Shown: positions 1 to 14,932, counted from the first letter of the stretch. The stretch: 64,000 nt of DNA from Salpingoeca rosetta (GCA_033442325.1 JAWQFM010000032.1:129343-193342); one strand, 5' to 3'. Notes: generated from the letters alone by a model not told the origin. Program-made: numbers and translations.

Positions 1-107
<107 letters not shown>

Positions 108-252
108 TGTCAAAAACGGCGTGCAGCGCATGGCACATGGCACGTGGGGTGGTGTCGACGTGATATGGTGCCACGCATGCAACGTCACAGTAACAGGATA
201 CACACACGCACACTCACTCACTCACACTCACACTCACACACGCACACATTAC

Positions 253-845
<593 letters not shown>

Positions 846-1297
846 CACTCTCAAACAAAGAAGCACAGTCGGTCGTGGATGGTGGTGCGCGCAAAACCAA
901 ACAAACGCAAAAAGAGGACAGCAGGAGAGCAGGAGGAGAGAAATGACTTGCTTCTTGCTTGCTTGATGTGACAAGAGGGGATATCGTTTGGGTTGCTCCG
1001 CTGCTGTTGGTCGTTTGGTCGTTTGGTCGTTTGCTTGCGTGCTTATTGTTCTTGCTTCCTTGCTCGCTCGCTCGCCTGTCTCGTCACCCCCCCCCCCTTC
1101 CTCACAGTGTTCTTCTTGGCCGGCTTTCACTTGTTTACCCTCTTCTTAGCTCTCGAACCATCAAACGCGTGAACGCACACGAACGCACAGCACACGTTAC
1201 ACTATGCCACACGTCACACTGCGCCCCACTACACACACGCGCGCACGCACACACACACACAACACGCGCACACACACAGAGCAATGGACGTGGTAGC

Positions 1298-1918
1298 CTA
1301 TTGCGTCATGCTCTTCAATGTCATATACACCTGCATGTGGCGGGAAAGTAACACCGCAAGGTCAGATCATGTCAGCACCATCAAAATAAACCAACAGCCC
1401 ACGCGTGCCACACAACAACACAACCACACAGTCCACACATGCCACACGTGCAACACACACTCGTGCATTCACTGTTTCAACAAGCCTCACGCAGCCAACA
1501 GCGATGACACCACCGGCGGTGAAGACAGTCCCTCTGCCCCAACGCACGCACACACACGCACACACGCATGCACACAGCGCATGCACGTTGCGCACCTTTG
1601 CTTTGATCCACTCCTTGTCGTGGGGCTTGTAGTTGAGTGTGTCTGGTTGCAGGACGAGACAGCTGAGGTCTGCCAACGCGTCGATGAAGCTGAACAAGTC
1701 TGCCACCTCATAGTGGATGTGTGTCTTGGTCGGGTACACCTCGCGCAGATGTGCCTCGTACATTTGGCACACGCCTGTCGTGGTGGTGGTGGTGGTGGTG
1801 GTGGTGGTGGTAGAGGCCGGGGGTGATTTGAATGAGCGGGCGGTCGTGACATTGGTGCATGGGGCGCAGAGAGACAGTGTGTGTGTTTGTGTTTCTGTGT
1901 GTGTGTGTGTGTGTTTCT

Positions 1919-1951
<33 letters not shown>

Positions 1952-2319
1952 GGCGGTCGACCCGTAGGCTAACGGGCTCATGTACCTGTAGTGATAGGCA
2001 CCGGAGAATGAGAGATCGTTGCTCCATCATGGATCTGGTACGCCAGTCTCAATGCTTTTCGGAAATTCACGTCTCGGGCGCCGTGCACCAACGCAGGGGA
2101 TTGTAGATATTCTATAATATCTATGGTCGTGTGTGCCCTTTGCGATTACCTCACACTTGGAGCACACGCACAGGTTCCATACCGGAGAGTCTCAGGTCAA
2201 CGCGACGCATGCGAACCGGGGAAGACCGTCGTCTTTATGGACCATCGGTCCTTTACCTTTTGTGTTACGCCTCTCACAATCGTCCACCTATCTTCCAGTT
2301 TCCAGTGTGTGTGTGTGTG

Positions 2320-2371
<52 letters not shown>

Positions 2372-2750
2372 CTGTGTCTGTGTCTGTGTCTGTGTGTGCC
2401 TGTGCGTGTGTGTGTGTTTGTGTTTCTGTGTGTGTCTGTGTCTGTGCAATGTGACAGGATCATGCTGGTCGTACAAAGCAGTCAAAGGACGAATGCACAA
2501 AACCACACTCACTCACTCACTCGCACAACCACATTCACAAACGCACAACAACACACTCACAAACACAACAACACACACACACACACACCTGTCATGGCCT
2601 CCTTGACGTTTTCATAGTCGCTGTATGTTCGCGAGGCCAGGCTCTTGTTGGCCTGAACGAGCAAGATGCAGTGCTGCAAGGAAATGGCAGATCACGGTGG
2701 GTGAACAAGCCAAAGTGCTAACAACCCCCTGAGTGACCATACACATGCAA

Positions 2751-2784
<34 letters not shown>

Positions 2785-2827
2785 TCACTCACTCACACCC
2801 ACTCGCACACACACTCACACTCACACA

Positions 2828-2913
<86 letters not shown>

Positions 2914-2924
2914 CTCACTGGCAT
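1298..2924 (-). CDS. ERH: Enhancer of rudimentary homolog (4 exons)
   Basis: Exons 2924-2919, ~2673-2589, ~1774-1595 and 1330-1298 give MPHCILLVQANKSLASRTYSDYENVKEAMTGVCQMYEAHLRE...LFSFIDALADLSCLV...YKPHDKEWIKAKVYMTLKSMTQ*, a close match to the ERH consensus. Confidence 0.96.
1951..2304 (+). ncRNA. Candidate structured RNA or inserted element in ERH intron 2 (family not recognised)
   Basis: Repeat-free island between (TG)n tracts with about ten stems. G-U pairs favour the + strand. It includes the perfect inverted repeat TAGATATT-ctat-AATATCTA (2104-2123). Confidence 0.45.
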
Positions 2925-3579
2925 GGTGCAGTGTTGTCCTTCCTTCTTGTCGTTCTCTTGCTCGTCCACTGGTCTGTATCTGTCCCTGAATTCAGCCTCC
3001 AATAACAAAACGAAACACGGCGCCGACGACAGCACAAAGAGTGTTTAAATTGCTTGCAAGCAATCGTAACAACTGACGAAATCTTACCCACACGTTCGAC
3101 TTTTTTCTTGCGCCGGGACAGACAGGTCTTGCTTGTGTGCTGCCTTGCTTGCTTGTTGCTTCGCTGTTGTCCTCCCTCCTCTTGCCCCAACTTCTCTCGT
3201 CTCACACACGCACGCACACGCCCACACGAAAAACAAACAAAAAGAAAGTGTGGGCGCTGATTTGGCATACGCAAGCTGGCGCACGAGCGAGTCACGACCG
3301 CTTCCACTTTCTTTTCTCTCCTCTCGCTCTCTGGCTGGGGTGTGGCGGCTCGCACCTCTTTCTTCTCTCTCAATCACCATCACCATCACCATCACCAGCA
3401 CCAGCATCATTATCGCATCATCGTCAGCCTCTGGCCGTCACACACGAGTGCACGCACACACACACACACATACACTGAGTTCTTCGACACTCAAACACAA
3501 CCAATAACAAGCCAAGCCCCACCCTGCCCTTTGGCCCATTGACACCACAACACGCCACACACCATACACAACCACCACC

Positions 3580-4478
3580 ATGACGGATCACCTGCAAACC
3601 GCACACGCCGAGCACCACGACGCGCCTATCGGCAGCGCTGGTGGGTTTGCCGTCATGCGCTATGGATACATGATCAAGTCGCCGCCGCTCAAGCGCATCA
3701 ACCAGCCAACCCTGTGCCGATGGCGTCGCCGCTATTTTATTCTCCGCAAGAACAAGCGCCTGGAGTACTGGTCAGACTCATCACAGAGGTACGCATCTGT
3801 CCGTATGTGTGTGCATGTGTCTGTCTGCATGTTTGTCTGTGTGTGTCTGCCTGCATGTATGTCTGTGTGTGCGTGTGTCTGTCTGTGTGCCTGTCTGTGT
3901 GCGTTTGTGGCTGTGTCCATCTGTCTGCATGTCTGTGCGCACTTCGGACACACCTTGACAGTGATATGACTCACACGCCAAGTTGGCGTGGCTTATGGAA
4001 TGCCTCTGCTTGTTGTTTGCACGCACTTTGCCCCCCTTCCAATTCCTTTTTCTTGTTGCCTCCTGCCACCTACAACTTGCGCGCCTTGTCAGGGAACTCA
4101 AGGGATGTGTGGATTTGAGAGAGGTTTGGCAGATTGAAGAGGATGTGGACTATCGTGGACAGCCAACTTTCTGGTGAGTTACTGCCCCAACTCCTTTCCA
4201 TTTCTTCTCCCGCGCCTTTGTCGTCGCCGATGCTATGCCGCAAGCTGGGCTCGCGCTGTTGTTTGTTGCTGGCTCTTCTGCAAGCTTTATGCATGTGCCC
4301 CACACGTCAAACCTTGACGGACAGCTTGGCTGATTCAATCACTCATACTCGGCCCCGCCCGCCTTAATCCACATGCACATGCAGCTTGAGCACACACGAC
4401 CGCAAGTACTTTTTCATCGCTGGCGATGCCTCGGACAAGCGGGCGTGGCTGACGACGATTCGGTGAGTCACATTGTTT

Positions 4479-4525
<47 letters not shown>

Positions 4526-5462
4526 TGTGGGTGTGGGTGTGGGTGTGTGTCGCCGCTGTACAAAGCGACACGGATGAAGAAAACGCTTTTCGTCTGCTCA
4601 TGCTGACCCATTCTGTCCGCGTGTGAACGTGCCAACGAACAGGGAGGTGATTGGCAAGAGCACGTCAAAGTCGTCCTCCACGCCAGCGTCTATCAAAGAC
4701 ACATCTGGCACATCACGCTCCTTCAACACCAGCAGCCACAGGGGGCACACCAACGGCAGGCTCAGCGCGGAAGGCGACAAACCACCGCCGCCGCGACGGT
4801 TCCTTGGCTCAAACGACTTCGGTGGCAGCGTCGACTATGACTCTGAGGAGGACGAGCAGACCGAGGACACGTTCCAGATGGTGCTCAACCCTCTCCGTAA
4901 GTCGCTCTCAACCACCAAGGAGCGTTTTTTTTTTTTTTTTGGGGAGGGGGTTATCTGGAGTTGTGGGCATATCGAAGAAGCGAAGAGCTGTGTGCGTGAT
5001 GAGCTTTGCAACCCCTTCCCCTTACTTATCACACTCCACTCACGCTGTATCTAAATGCACGCTGACATCCCAGGCGAGGCGGTGGAGCAGACAGACAATG
5101 AAGAGAGCAATGAGTTCAAGGCCACATACAACGGCGACCCCATCATCCTGCGCATTGTCTATCCAAACCTGGAAATGTGCAGCCCAGAGACGAAGGTGTG
5201 CGGTGTGCAGAGTGTGTGTGTGTGTGTGTGACTCTGCTTGTCGTCACGGTGACCCTCAACCGGCTCTTAAGTAAACGTGCACCTTTTCACCCTTGCCCTT
5301 CTCGCTTTTGCTTGATTCTCACACCCGAACACACACCCCCACACACACACACACACACACACTTTGTCTTGTGCTTTCACGCAAATGCAGCGCATGATTC
5401 AGTACTGGCCCATCACTGCCTTGCGCGGCTACTCTCAGGACGACACGACCTTCCAAATTGAG

Positions 5463-5504
<42 letters not shown>

Positions 5505-6006
5505 TCTCTGTTTTTGTGTTGTGATTGGCCTTTGTGCCCTTTCCTCTCTTTCCCTTGCTCCGTAATTTCTCCCTTTGCTTTCCAACCCCTTTGCCTCCCA
5601 CCCCCCCTTCCTTGTTTCATTGTACTCTTTGCTCGCCTTTTGCTGTTCTCACCCTCGTCTGTATCTGCAGGCTGGTCGGCGGTGCCCTGGAGGGGAGGGC
5701 TTCTTCAAGTTTGCCCTCACAGATGGCGGTAACGTCAGTGCAAGCCTTGCTTCCGCCGAAGCCAACCACTCGGTACGTTGTGTGCGTGTGTCGCGGGATA
5801 GTGTTCTGCCCTGCCTATCTGCCCGTCTGCCTACGCCAACCCCCACCCCGCAACACCTGTTACTACACTCCTGACGTCTTCTGACATTGCACTTCAAACA
5901 CCCGACCCCACCCCCCATCCCCGCTCTCCTTATCCTCCTCGTCTTCCCATTCTTGATGCAGATTCGACGAGAAAGCATGTATGGCACCGTTGGCCGTAAA
6001 TTCTAG
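3580..6006 (+). CDS. PH domain plus IRS/Dok-type PTB domain adaptor protein
   Basis: PH domain: GYMIKSPPLKR...WRRRYFILR...LEYW, KGCVDL, RKYFFIA...KRAWLTTI. PTB domain: WPITALRGYSQDDTTFQIEAGRRCPGGEGFFKF. The last exon 5962-6006 encodes IRRESMYGTVGRKF*. Confidence 0.85.
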
Positions 6007-7516
6007 CGCACTTGAGCCGCGCTCATGCTGCTGTCACCTGTGTGACTTGTCCTGTCCCAACGGTGTACCGTTGTTCCGGCAGTGTGTGCTCCTCTCGGTT
6101 GCTTGCGTGAACTTACGCTTGCCTGTTTCTGAGTTTCTCTTGACCCCCCTTTTGGATAATCGCACACCACCCCACGCGTTGTTTTCCCCAACACTAGCCT
6201 CCCAAAGCAACCTTCCCTCTTTGCCCTACGTTTGTCTGTGTTCAGTCTGTGCTGTTGTTGTCGATACTCCATTCCACGATTGCTTGTGTGTCTTTTTTGT
6301 GTTGAGTACTGTAACGTGTCGCATGTATTCCACTGTCTCTCGCAGCCCTCCCGTTCCGTTCTTCCCCACCACATACACGCACGGTTGGAAAACGTTCCAC
6401 TGATAATGACACCACCCCTTGTTCGAGCCCACCCTTGCTTATCTTGGTGTCTTCATGCGTTGCTTGTACTGTGCCCGTGTGTTTGTGTACGTGTGCTTGT
6501 TGTTGCCGTGTGTGTGTGCGTGTCGTTTCCACAGTTTTGCCGCCTTTTCATCTGCGTCTTCGTCGTCCTCGTCGTCCTCGTCGCTGCCGTGTGCCGTGCC
6601 ACTATCCCACGAGCACGAGCTACTAGACGCCACGATCATGCCGGGGTTCGTGCTGCCGTAGTAGGCCACTGGCATCTTGGCTTGGTGCCACTCACCTGGC
6701 GCAAGCGTCCTCCTGACCCCTTATCATAACTGTACACTTGTCTGTCTGCGTCTGGTTGTCTGTCGTGTTCTGTCTTTTGTTGTGTGAATTGCTGTGGCGA
6801 ATGGTTGTGCTTAAAACGCGCTGGCACGTTGTGTGTGTGTGTGTGTGTGTGTTTGTGTTTGTGTTTGTGTTTGTGTGGTTTTGCGTATTCATATGCATCG
6901 CCTACGAAGAAGACAACTGGAGTGCTGTTTACAGTGGGCGCCTCATGACCCCAAAGTGAATGAACGTAACAGTGAACAGTGGCAATCCTCGAAAGTCATC
7001 CTCAATCAAAGTCGTACATCAAAGTCGTGCTCAAACATGGGCTGCAACATCTTGCAAGTGGTCTGCTGGCCAACGACTGGCGCGTTTTGTTGGCCCACGA
7101 AAGACGAAAACCAAAATGCACAAGCAAAGCAAAAGAATGGTTGCTTTGTTCTTTTCCTTGGTTGCGACTTTCACAACTTGCCAATGTACTTGTTCCCTTG
7201 CCAAAGTGCTCGCTTCCATCGCTGATATGATGACAGGATGGGCTGGGAGGACAGCATCACTTACACGGTACGATAAGACCCTTGTGTTCTTTGTTCTTGT
7301 GTTTTATTTTGTGTTTCGGACTTTGCAAGGCATCCTTCAAAACAGAAGTGCACAAGATCATGATGTCATCACATCATGTTCACTTTGTTGTTGCACAAGG
7401 AGAGGATGACACATGTACATACAAAACAACATAATTGTTGCGAACAACCAAAAGTGATGCACTTTCATCCACCCACGCATCCAACCATCCATCCACATCA
7501 CAGTACCAGCAGCATG

Positions 7517-7693
7517 TCAAAAGTCTGCATCCCATGGGCAGGATCCGATGACTGGCGGCTCTTCGCGTGGCGTGTATTCGTCAAAGTATCTACGATCAAC
7601 AGTAATTACAGAACGTGAATACTCGCAAAGAGACACGATGTGCAACGCACATGCATCCAGCTTTACACCCCCCCCCACACACACACACACCAC

Positions 7694-7729
<36 letters not shown>

Positions 7730-9352
7730 ACACACCACACACATCACAGTACAAACCTGCAGTCTTCGGGTCCATCGAGGGTTGGCACCGTTGGGGCGGG
7801 CATCGTTTGTGTCTCCAGTGCTGGCCAGTTGAAGTCCTTGAACCTGCAATGCAGTGAATACAGTGCTGGATGAGAATTTTGGGGGAGGGGAGAGGGTGGC
7901 GTGTTGCAGCAAGAGCATCAAAGTGGAATGATGTTTGCAACACGGGAATGGGAAGACGTGGCGAGCTTGCGAATGCTACTCGTCGATCACATACCAGCGG
8001 TGGCGCTGAATGGTTTTGATGCCGTCCTTGTCGCACCCCGTGCGCTCACTCGCCGTTTCCCTGCACACACACGAACGTAAGAGAAGGGACAGCAGAGTCA
8101 AAGGCATAAAAGAAGACGAGGAAGGAGGAGGCGTAGAACGCATCGTGTGTAAGACATTGTTACAAAGCAGATGAGAAGACCATGAAGAACGGCGGGGGAG
8201 GTGGGTCGACCAAGAATACGGAAAGCACGGTGTCATGGATGAGCGAGAAAGCAGTCACCGATTGGTCACAGCCCATAATCATACACATGTATACACAAAT
8301 CCACACGCACACACGCACACATGCACACACACACACACACGCACACGCACACACACACACACACGCACACACACACATGTTCACCTGCAGAAGCCGAGGA
8401 TGAGGTCGCGCGCGTCGCCAGAGACGGCGGCGTCAAAGCGTACGTGATCAATACCCAGGATGATCAGATTGTACGTGTCCATGTCATCGTTGCACGCGAA
8501 TGGGGTCCTGTGGCCGCGAACACGAATTCAGCGAGAAATGTGTACGCGCACGCACGCGTAAAGATGAAGAAGAACACAGTGAGTGGCACATCAGGAACGG
8601 ACAACCGAACAACCAACGACACAACCAACCAAACACGCTCACATACCTGCCACTGAGCAACTCGTAGGTGAGGACGCCAAGCGCCCAGTAGTCCACACCG
8701 CCGTCGTGGCCCTGGTTCATCACAATCTCTGGCGCCATGTACTCGGGTGTCCCGCAAAACGTCCAAGTCTTGGTGCCGCGTGACAGTTTGCGCGCAAAAC
8801 CAAAGTCAACCTGGCAGCAGCGTGCGTGTGCACGTGTGCATGTATGATTGAGATGACATGTCAGGTCGGCACATGGCCACGGGCTCCAGCCAACACTACG
8901 AATGGGCAAACGACTCACACGACACAGTACACGCACACGCACACACGCAGCACACGCACACAGCACACACACACACATACACACAGCACACACACACACA
9001 CGCAGCACACGCACACAGCACACACACACACACACCAGTTTGACGTAGCCTGTGCTGGTCATCATAATGTTTTCTGGCTTCAGGTCGCGATACACAATCT
9101 GCAGAAGCAACAGCAGTTGACATCGGCGAGCGTTTCAGTGACACAAGGCGGTTTCAGTGACACCTTATGGCTATGTTTGTGACCACAGGTTGCAACACAC
9201 ACACATATATACACGTGCACACATGCAGGCCACGCTTACGCTTCTGTTGTGGAGAAAGGAGAACGCCTCAACAACGCAGGCGACGTAAAACTTGGCCGCG
9301 TCATCCGAGAACCGCCCGGCAGCCCTGCACATACGCAATTCGCAGCGGTGGC

Positions 9353-9434
<82 letters not shown>

Positions 9435-10089
9435 GTGGTGATGGTGATGGACCAGAGGCTTGTTAGGGCATGGCTGGCTCAAGAGCGTGCGAGTGAGGGC
9501 TGTGATTTGTGCACTTGGTGACCATCGATGTTGCACATGTGCACAGCAGGCGTCTTTTCACTGCGCCGCTCACCTCAGGTGTTTCCATAGTTCACCTCCA
9601 AGCAGTGCCTTTTTGAATGAGTGGCGGCAGGTGCCGTGAAATACATCCATGAACAAAGCGAGTGAGCAGGCAGTGCATACGTTTGCAAGTAAAATGGTGT
9701 GTTGTGCACAATGGTAACAGTCTTCGTTGCCGCGTGTATGCTGCAGCGTGTGTGTTGTTGCAGTGTGCGTGCTGCATGTGATCGCACCTCTGTGAGCATG
9801 AAGATGTAGCGCTCATCCTTGAATGTTCGATACAGCGGCGCACAGAACAGCGTATTCAGGCTCTCCATCACCTGACGGGTGCAGAGAACAGCGTGGACAC
9901 GTGTTAGTGGGTGGCTGAAACATGTGAGCGTGACATGGCGTATGTGCACAAATTGAAGCAGGAAGTGTCACCAATGTCAACATGCAGATCATATTCACAC
10001 ACCACAAGCGTAGCGACACACCCTCTTCTCGCACACGACGTAGTCCTCCTGTCCGTTTTCGATGATGTGCGCTTTTGCAATGGCCTGGC

Positions 10090-10125
<36 letters not shown>

Positions 10126-12691
10126 CGTATAATGAAAGAAACGTGAACATACAGCAGATCAGTAGCAATGGTGGTCTGCTAGTTAAGGGCGCCGCACATC
10201 AGTGGCAAGCAAGATATGGTTTGCGACGACATCCATCCGCAACACGCTGCACCACCACCATCGGCAGCATGGCACAGTTCATGCGAAGCAAAGCCACCTT
10301 GAGCGCAAACATGCGGTCCGATTCTGCCTCTCTGACGAGCGTGACCCGTCCAAACGCCCCAACACCAAGGATGCTGATTAGGCGCGCGTGCACGCGTGCG
10401 TGCATGGTTAGTTGGTGGCGTCATTGTCACATGGCAAACGTAAGAAACGCAAGCAAGTGAACACGACATGCAACACACACACATACACACACACACAACA
10501 ACAACAACACACACACACGCGCACACACACACCGCTTGCACACAAACAAACAAACAAACAAACAAACAAACAAATACACAAACAAACAAAACAAACATAC
10601 AATACAAACAAACATACAAACAAACATCGGCAATGCATGTACCGGCGCTGCTCGAGGCTTTCCAGTGTGATGTGTTTGAATTCCTCTTTGCACTCATTCT
10701 TCACACTCTCCTCCTCTTCCTGTCGCACATCTACAGAAACAGCAAGGCAGAAAAGGGACATGGATTTAACACGAATCGCATCAGAGATGCTACACCCACG
10801 TACATGTACACAGGCACACACACGCACACACACACACATGTACATGCAGATGAGTACAACGAAACACATGTCATCATGTACAGGTGCGCGCGCTTACCGA
10901 GGTAGCTGAGGCGCCCAAGTGCCTCCAGGGGAACAATGTGTTTCAGAAAGGCCTGACGTCAAAAACACACATGATGGAATGCGAAATCGCAATGTCCAGG
11001 ACCAGAAGTGAGCTAACCGTTGCGCGGAGCAGTCAGGGAGTGCACGCGTGCATGTGTGCACGTGCTTGTGCGCGTGTGATGCATGTCGCGTGCACAGATG
11101 TGTTGCTTTTCACACAACACGAAGCATCACATCTGTGCACACAAGCAACATTCTCAACTGCAACACACGAAGGAGTACGCACCTCACGGGAGAGGGACGC
11201 GCACGTGACTTCCGTGAGCGCTTTGCACGTCGCCGTGCGAATGTTGTATGCCTCCAGCAGCGCCCCTTCGCCAAAGTGATCGCCTTTGCGCAATGTCCGC
11301 AGCTTGATGTTGTCTTGCGTCACAAGAACCTATGGACATGCGAGTGTAGACGTGTGACAATGCGAGTGTGCGTAAATGTGGATGAGTGTGTGATTGTGTG
11401 TTGTCGCGTGAATTGTACGTGTTTGTTTGTGTTTGTGTTTGTGTGTGTATGTGTGTGTGTGTGTGTTTGTGTGGGGCTGGGTGCGAATGTGTGTCGGGGG
11501 CGCACTTGCATGCAATGCGAATTCATGGTGCCATTTCAAGCAGCAACACGCATTTCATTCCTGCATCCCTAGCCCATGAATTCATATCGCCTGGTACAAG
11601 CAGAACTGTAAGAACCAATAGCACCTCACCTGTCCTTCCGTGATGAGATAGAACACATCACCATGTTGCCCTTCCTCTACAATGGCTTCTCCTTGGTCAA
11701 ACGCAACCTGTCAAGCAAACGCATGTGCACATGCATTGTTTGATTCAACATGACAGCACCGTTGCATCTTTCATCATCAACACTGAATTTATTCACACCG
11801 GTCACCGTCACCATCACCACCACCACCGCCACCATTGCCATCATCATCATCATGACCTCCTTTGCGAGGTCGACAATGGTGAGGACGTAGTCGTCGTTGA
11901 GTCCACGCAGGAGTGGCATCTGCTGGAACAGCGACAGCAGGCGCTCCCGCTCCTTCAGTTTCGCCTGCAATCGCAGTGGCCACGGGGAGAGTAGGGAGGG
12001 AAGGGTTGTGTGTACTTGTGTATGTGTGTATGTGTGTATGTGTGCACGTGTGTATGTGTGCATGTGTGTGTGTGCGTGTACGCGGGTGCAATAGCTGTCG
12101 CCAGTGCTTATCGTGTTGGCAACAGCGCAGGGCACGTGCAGTTCTCATGAGAGTTCATACCTCTCGAGCAACAATCTTGAAAGTGTGGCGATCGATGGCG
12201 AACACCTTCACTTTTGTTTTCGCTGTCACAATGAGTGGCGTTGAGGAAGAGAGGGAGAAGGGGGGGGGAGATGGTTGGCGCGAACGGCAAAGGGTGAGAT
12301 GTGCGGAGTTAGCTCCACTCGATGGGCAAAACGCTGCACACAGCCTGGCAATACACACAGACACACACACACACACACAGACACACAGCCTGGCAATACA
12401 CACAGACACAGACACACACACAGGCACACAGGCACACAGACACATACACACACAGACACACACCAGTGATGGTTGCGGTTCGTGTGCAGTCGTAGAGGAG
12501 AGCAAGTTCGCCAATCACGGTGCCGGCCATGATGTCGTTTTGCACATCGCTTGTCGCCGTGGACACCGTCACAATTCCAGCTGCACATGCACATGCATGC
12601 ATATTCGCGTGAACATTCATTCATGTGCATGTGTGCGTCGAGCACAGACAGGCATCAGGGCGGTGAACAACAGCAAGCACTGTGTCAACAA

Positions 12692-12723
<32 letters not shown>

Positions 12724-14109
12724 CGTGCGTGCAGCACCTGCGATGACATAGAGACATTCGCCGACGTCGCCCTGCTGAATAACGACTTCGCCGGGTGCAA
12801 TGTCCTGCACGGACATGTGCACAGCCACTTCCCGCTGCTGGGCAAGCGTCAGCTTGGACGTGTACGGATTCGCTTGCAACGCTCGCATGATCAGCGCCCG
12901 CGTTCTGAGTGGTTGGAGGGCAGGGTGTAAATTGTGCAATAGGTGTGTCGTGTGTTTGCGTGCGAGTGTGAATGTGCAGCATGAATGTCGTCAGGCATGT
13001 GCGGATCGAATCATACACACACAGACACACACATGATGCACACATACATGCGCGCATGCACACAGACACACACACACACATAGACACACATAGACACACA
13101 CAGACACACACACGCTCACGTGTCGTCGAGCACGCGCGTCTTTGGGATACTGGTTGCCTCCGCTTTCTTTGGTGCGAGCGCAACAACACCACGGCGATGG
13201 TGTGCGGGTTCTGTGGAGGCTGCTGCTGTCATGTCGTCATCGCCGCCGCCGCCAGGGAGATCTTTGGCACCAGGGCGCATGTGGTCTGTGCCAAGCGCCG
13301 GTGGAGTGTGACCAACGATGTCATCATCAAGGCCTGCCTCTTTGGCTTTTGCACCGGCAGTGATGGACACGTCACGTCGTCGGTGTTGGTCTGCGATGCA
13401 TCGGAGCTTGTCAACCTGACAGTGGTAGATACAAACAACGAACCGGCGTCCGCGTACATCATCGACAGCAGCAGTCAATGGCCAGAGTGAGCAAAAGGCA
13501 GACTTCACACACACACACACGCAAGTGCACACCAATGCACACACACATACACACATACACACAGAGAGAGAGAGATACATGTGCCCATCAGCCTTACCTC
13601 TTTCAGGAGGAGCTGGTTGGTCAGCTGTAGGTCAGCCTGCTTCTTCTCAAACTTGCCCACATCTGTCTGTGCCTTGGCCAGCTTGTTGCGCAAGCTTTGA
13701 ATGGTGTGATTTGCGGCGTCCAAGTCCTTCTGCAGCCTCAGCAGGCGGGACTCGGCCACCAGGCCGTAGTTTGCTGGCTGTGATACCGTGCCTGTCGCTC
13801 CATTCACCACTATGTGTATGTGTATGTGCGCGTGCGTGACGTTTGGAGGTGGCATAACCTCACATCACAAGGGGCATTTGTAAGTGGAGTTCCAGCTGCA
13901 TCTTGTTTGATGTTCAGAAGCACTCACGTACATAGACTCTGCGCATGCAGAAACACACACACACATAAATACACATACACACATAGACACAGACACACAT
14001 ACACACATAGACACAGACACACATACACACATAGACACAGACACACACACACACACACACATAGACACAGACACACATACACACATAGACACAGACACAC
14101 ACACACACA

Positions 14110-14151
<42 letters not shown>

Positions 14152-14212
14152 GCAATCACCATCTCTGGTCGCACGTACCAGCCCCGTTTGCTTGAGATGC
14201 AGCTGCTCCCAT
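7517..14212 (-). CDS. PRKG: cGMP-dependent protein kinase (PKG)
   Basis: N-terminal MGAAAS, then a coiled coil and two cNMP-binding domains ([15 protein letters not shown]; [17 protein letters not shown]). Kinase motifs [49 protein letters not shown]-type C-terminus WDADF*. Confidence 0.95.
9352..9450. repeat. (GAT)n trinucleotide microsatellite in a PKG intron
   Basis: Long run of gat triplets read directly from the sequence. Confidence 0.95.
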
Positions 14213-14932
14213 TGTGATGCCACTGTGCTTGCTGTTGTCGGAGGTGGTGGTGGATGCCCGTCGTGTTGTTCGTGTGTGGGGATACGCTTGGTGCTGTTGG
14301 GGGTTGGCGGTGTCGTCAAGCGACCGAGATCATGGAACCCACCAGCAACAATCAAACTGAGCTACCCTGCTGCAACGCACCGTTGCGTGTGGTCCCATCG
14401 GCACAACACAACAGCATTGTGCACGTAAAGGCAGCACCAACACACGCCTGTGTGTGTGCGTGTGCGTGTGCGTGTGCACGTGTGTGTGTTGTGTGTGAAC
14501 GTGTGTATGTGGATCGGAACAGAGGAACAGCCATCCGCATCCACACTGCCTGCTTCCACTGTCCTTCTTCTTGTCGCATGTCTTGGCTGCAAACTGCAAT
14601 TTTGTTGCTGTCAAATGTGACAGCCCTTAGCGACCACTGCGTGTGGATATGCTCGCCTGCTGGACTAATGCGTGATAACCGCAAACGCCCAAGCGAGAAA
14701 CATATACTCCCGCTGGCAAGCAACAAACCAACCAACCAACCAACTGCACTTCAGCAACAACGACGACGACGAAGACAACCAAAACAAGCAGCTGCTCAGC
14801 CAGGCTCTCCCCTCCTCGTCGCTCGCTTGTTGCTTGGTTGACAGCAACGCACCGCGTCTTGCTGCTGCTGCTGCTGTCTCGGTTTGCCACTCACCGCACA
14901 AAGCACGCATACGCAGTACAACACACGTACAT

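Noticed and set aside
1951-2304. Assignment of the island to RNase P/MRP, SRP RNA, an snRNA, telomerase RNA or a MITE
   Set aside because: Only fragments match (GGAAATTC, CCTGTAGT, CAGGTC). There is no complementary P4 partner, no SRP helix-8 consensus, no snRNA signature, no telomere template and no terminal inverted repeats.
13924-14355. TTG-initiated ORF as the PKG N-terminus
   Set aside because: An ATG at 14212 with a phase-compatible donor and a myristoylation motif explains the start better.
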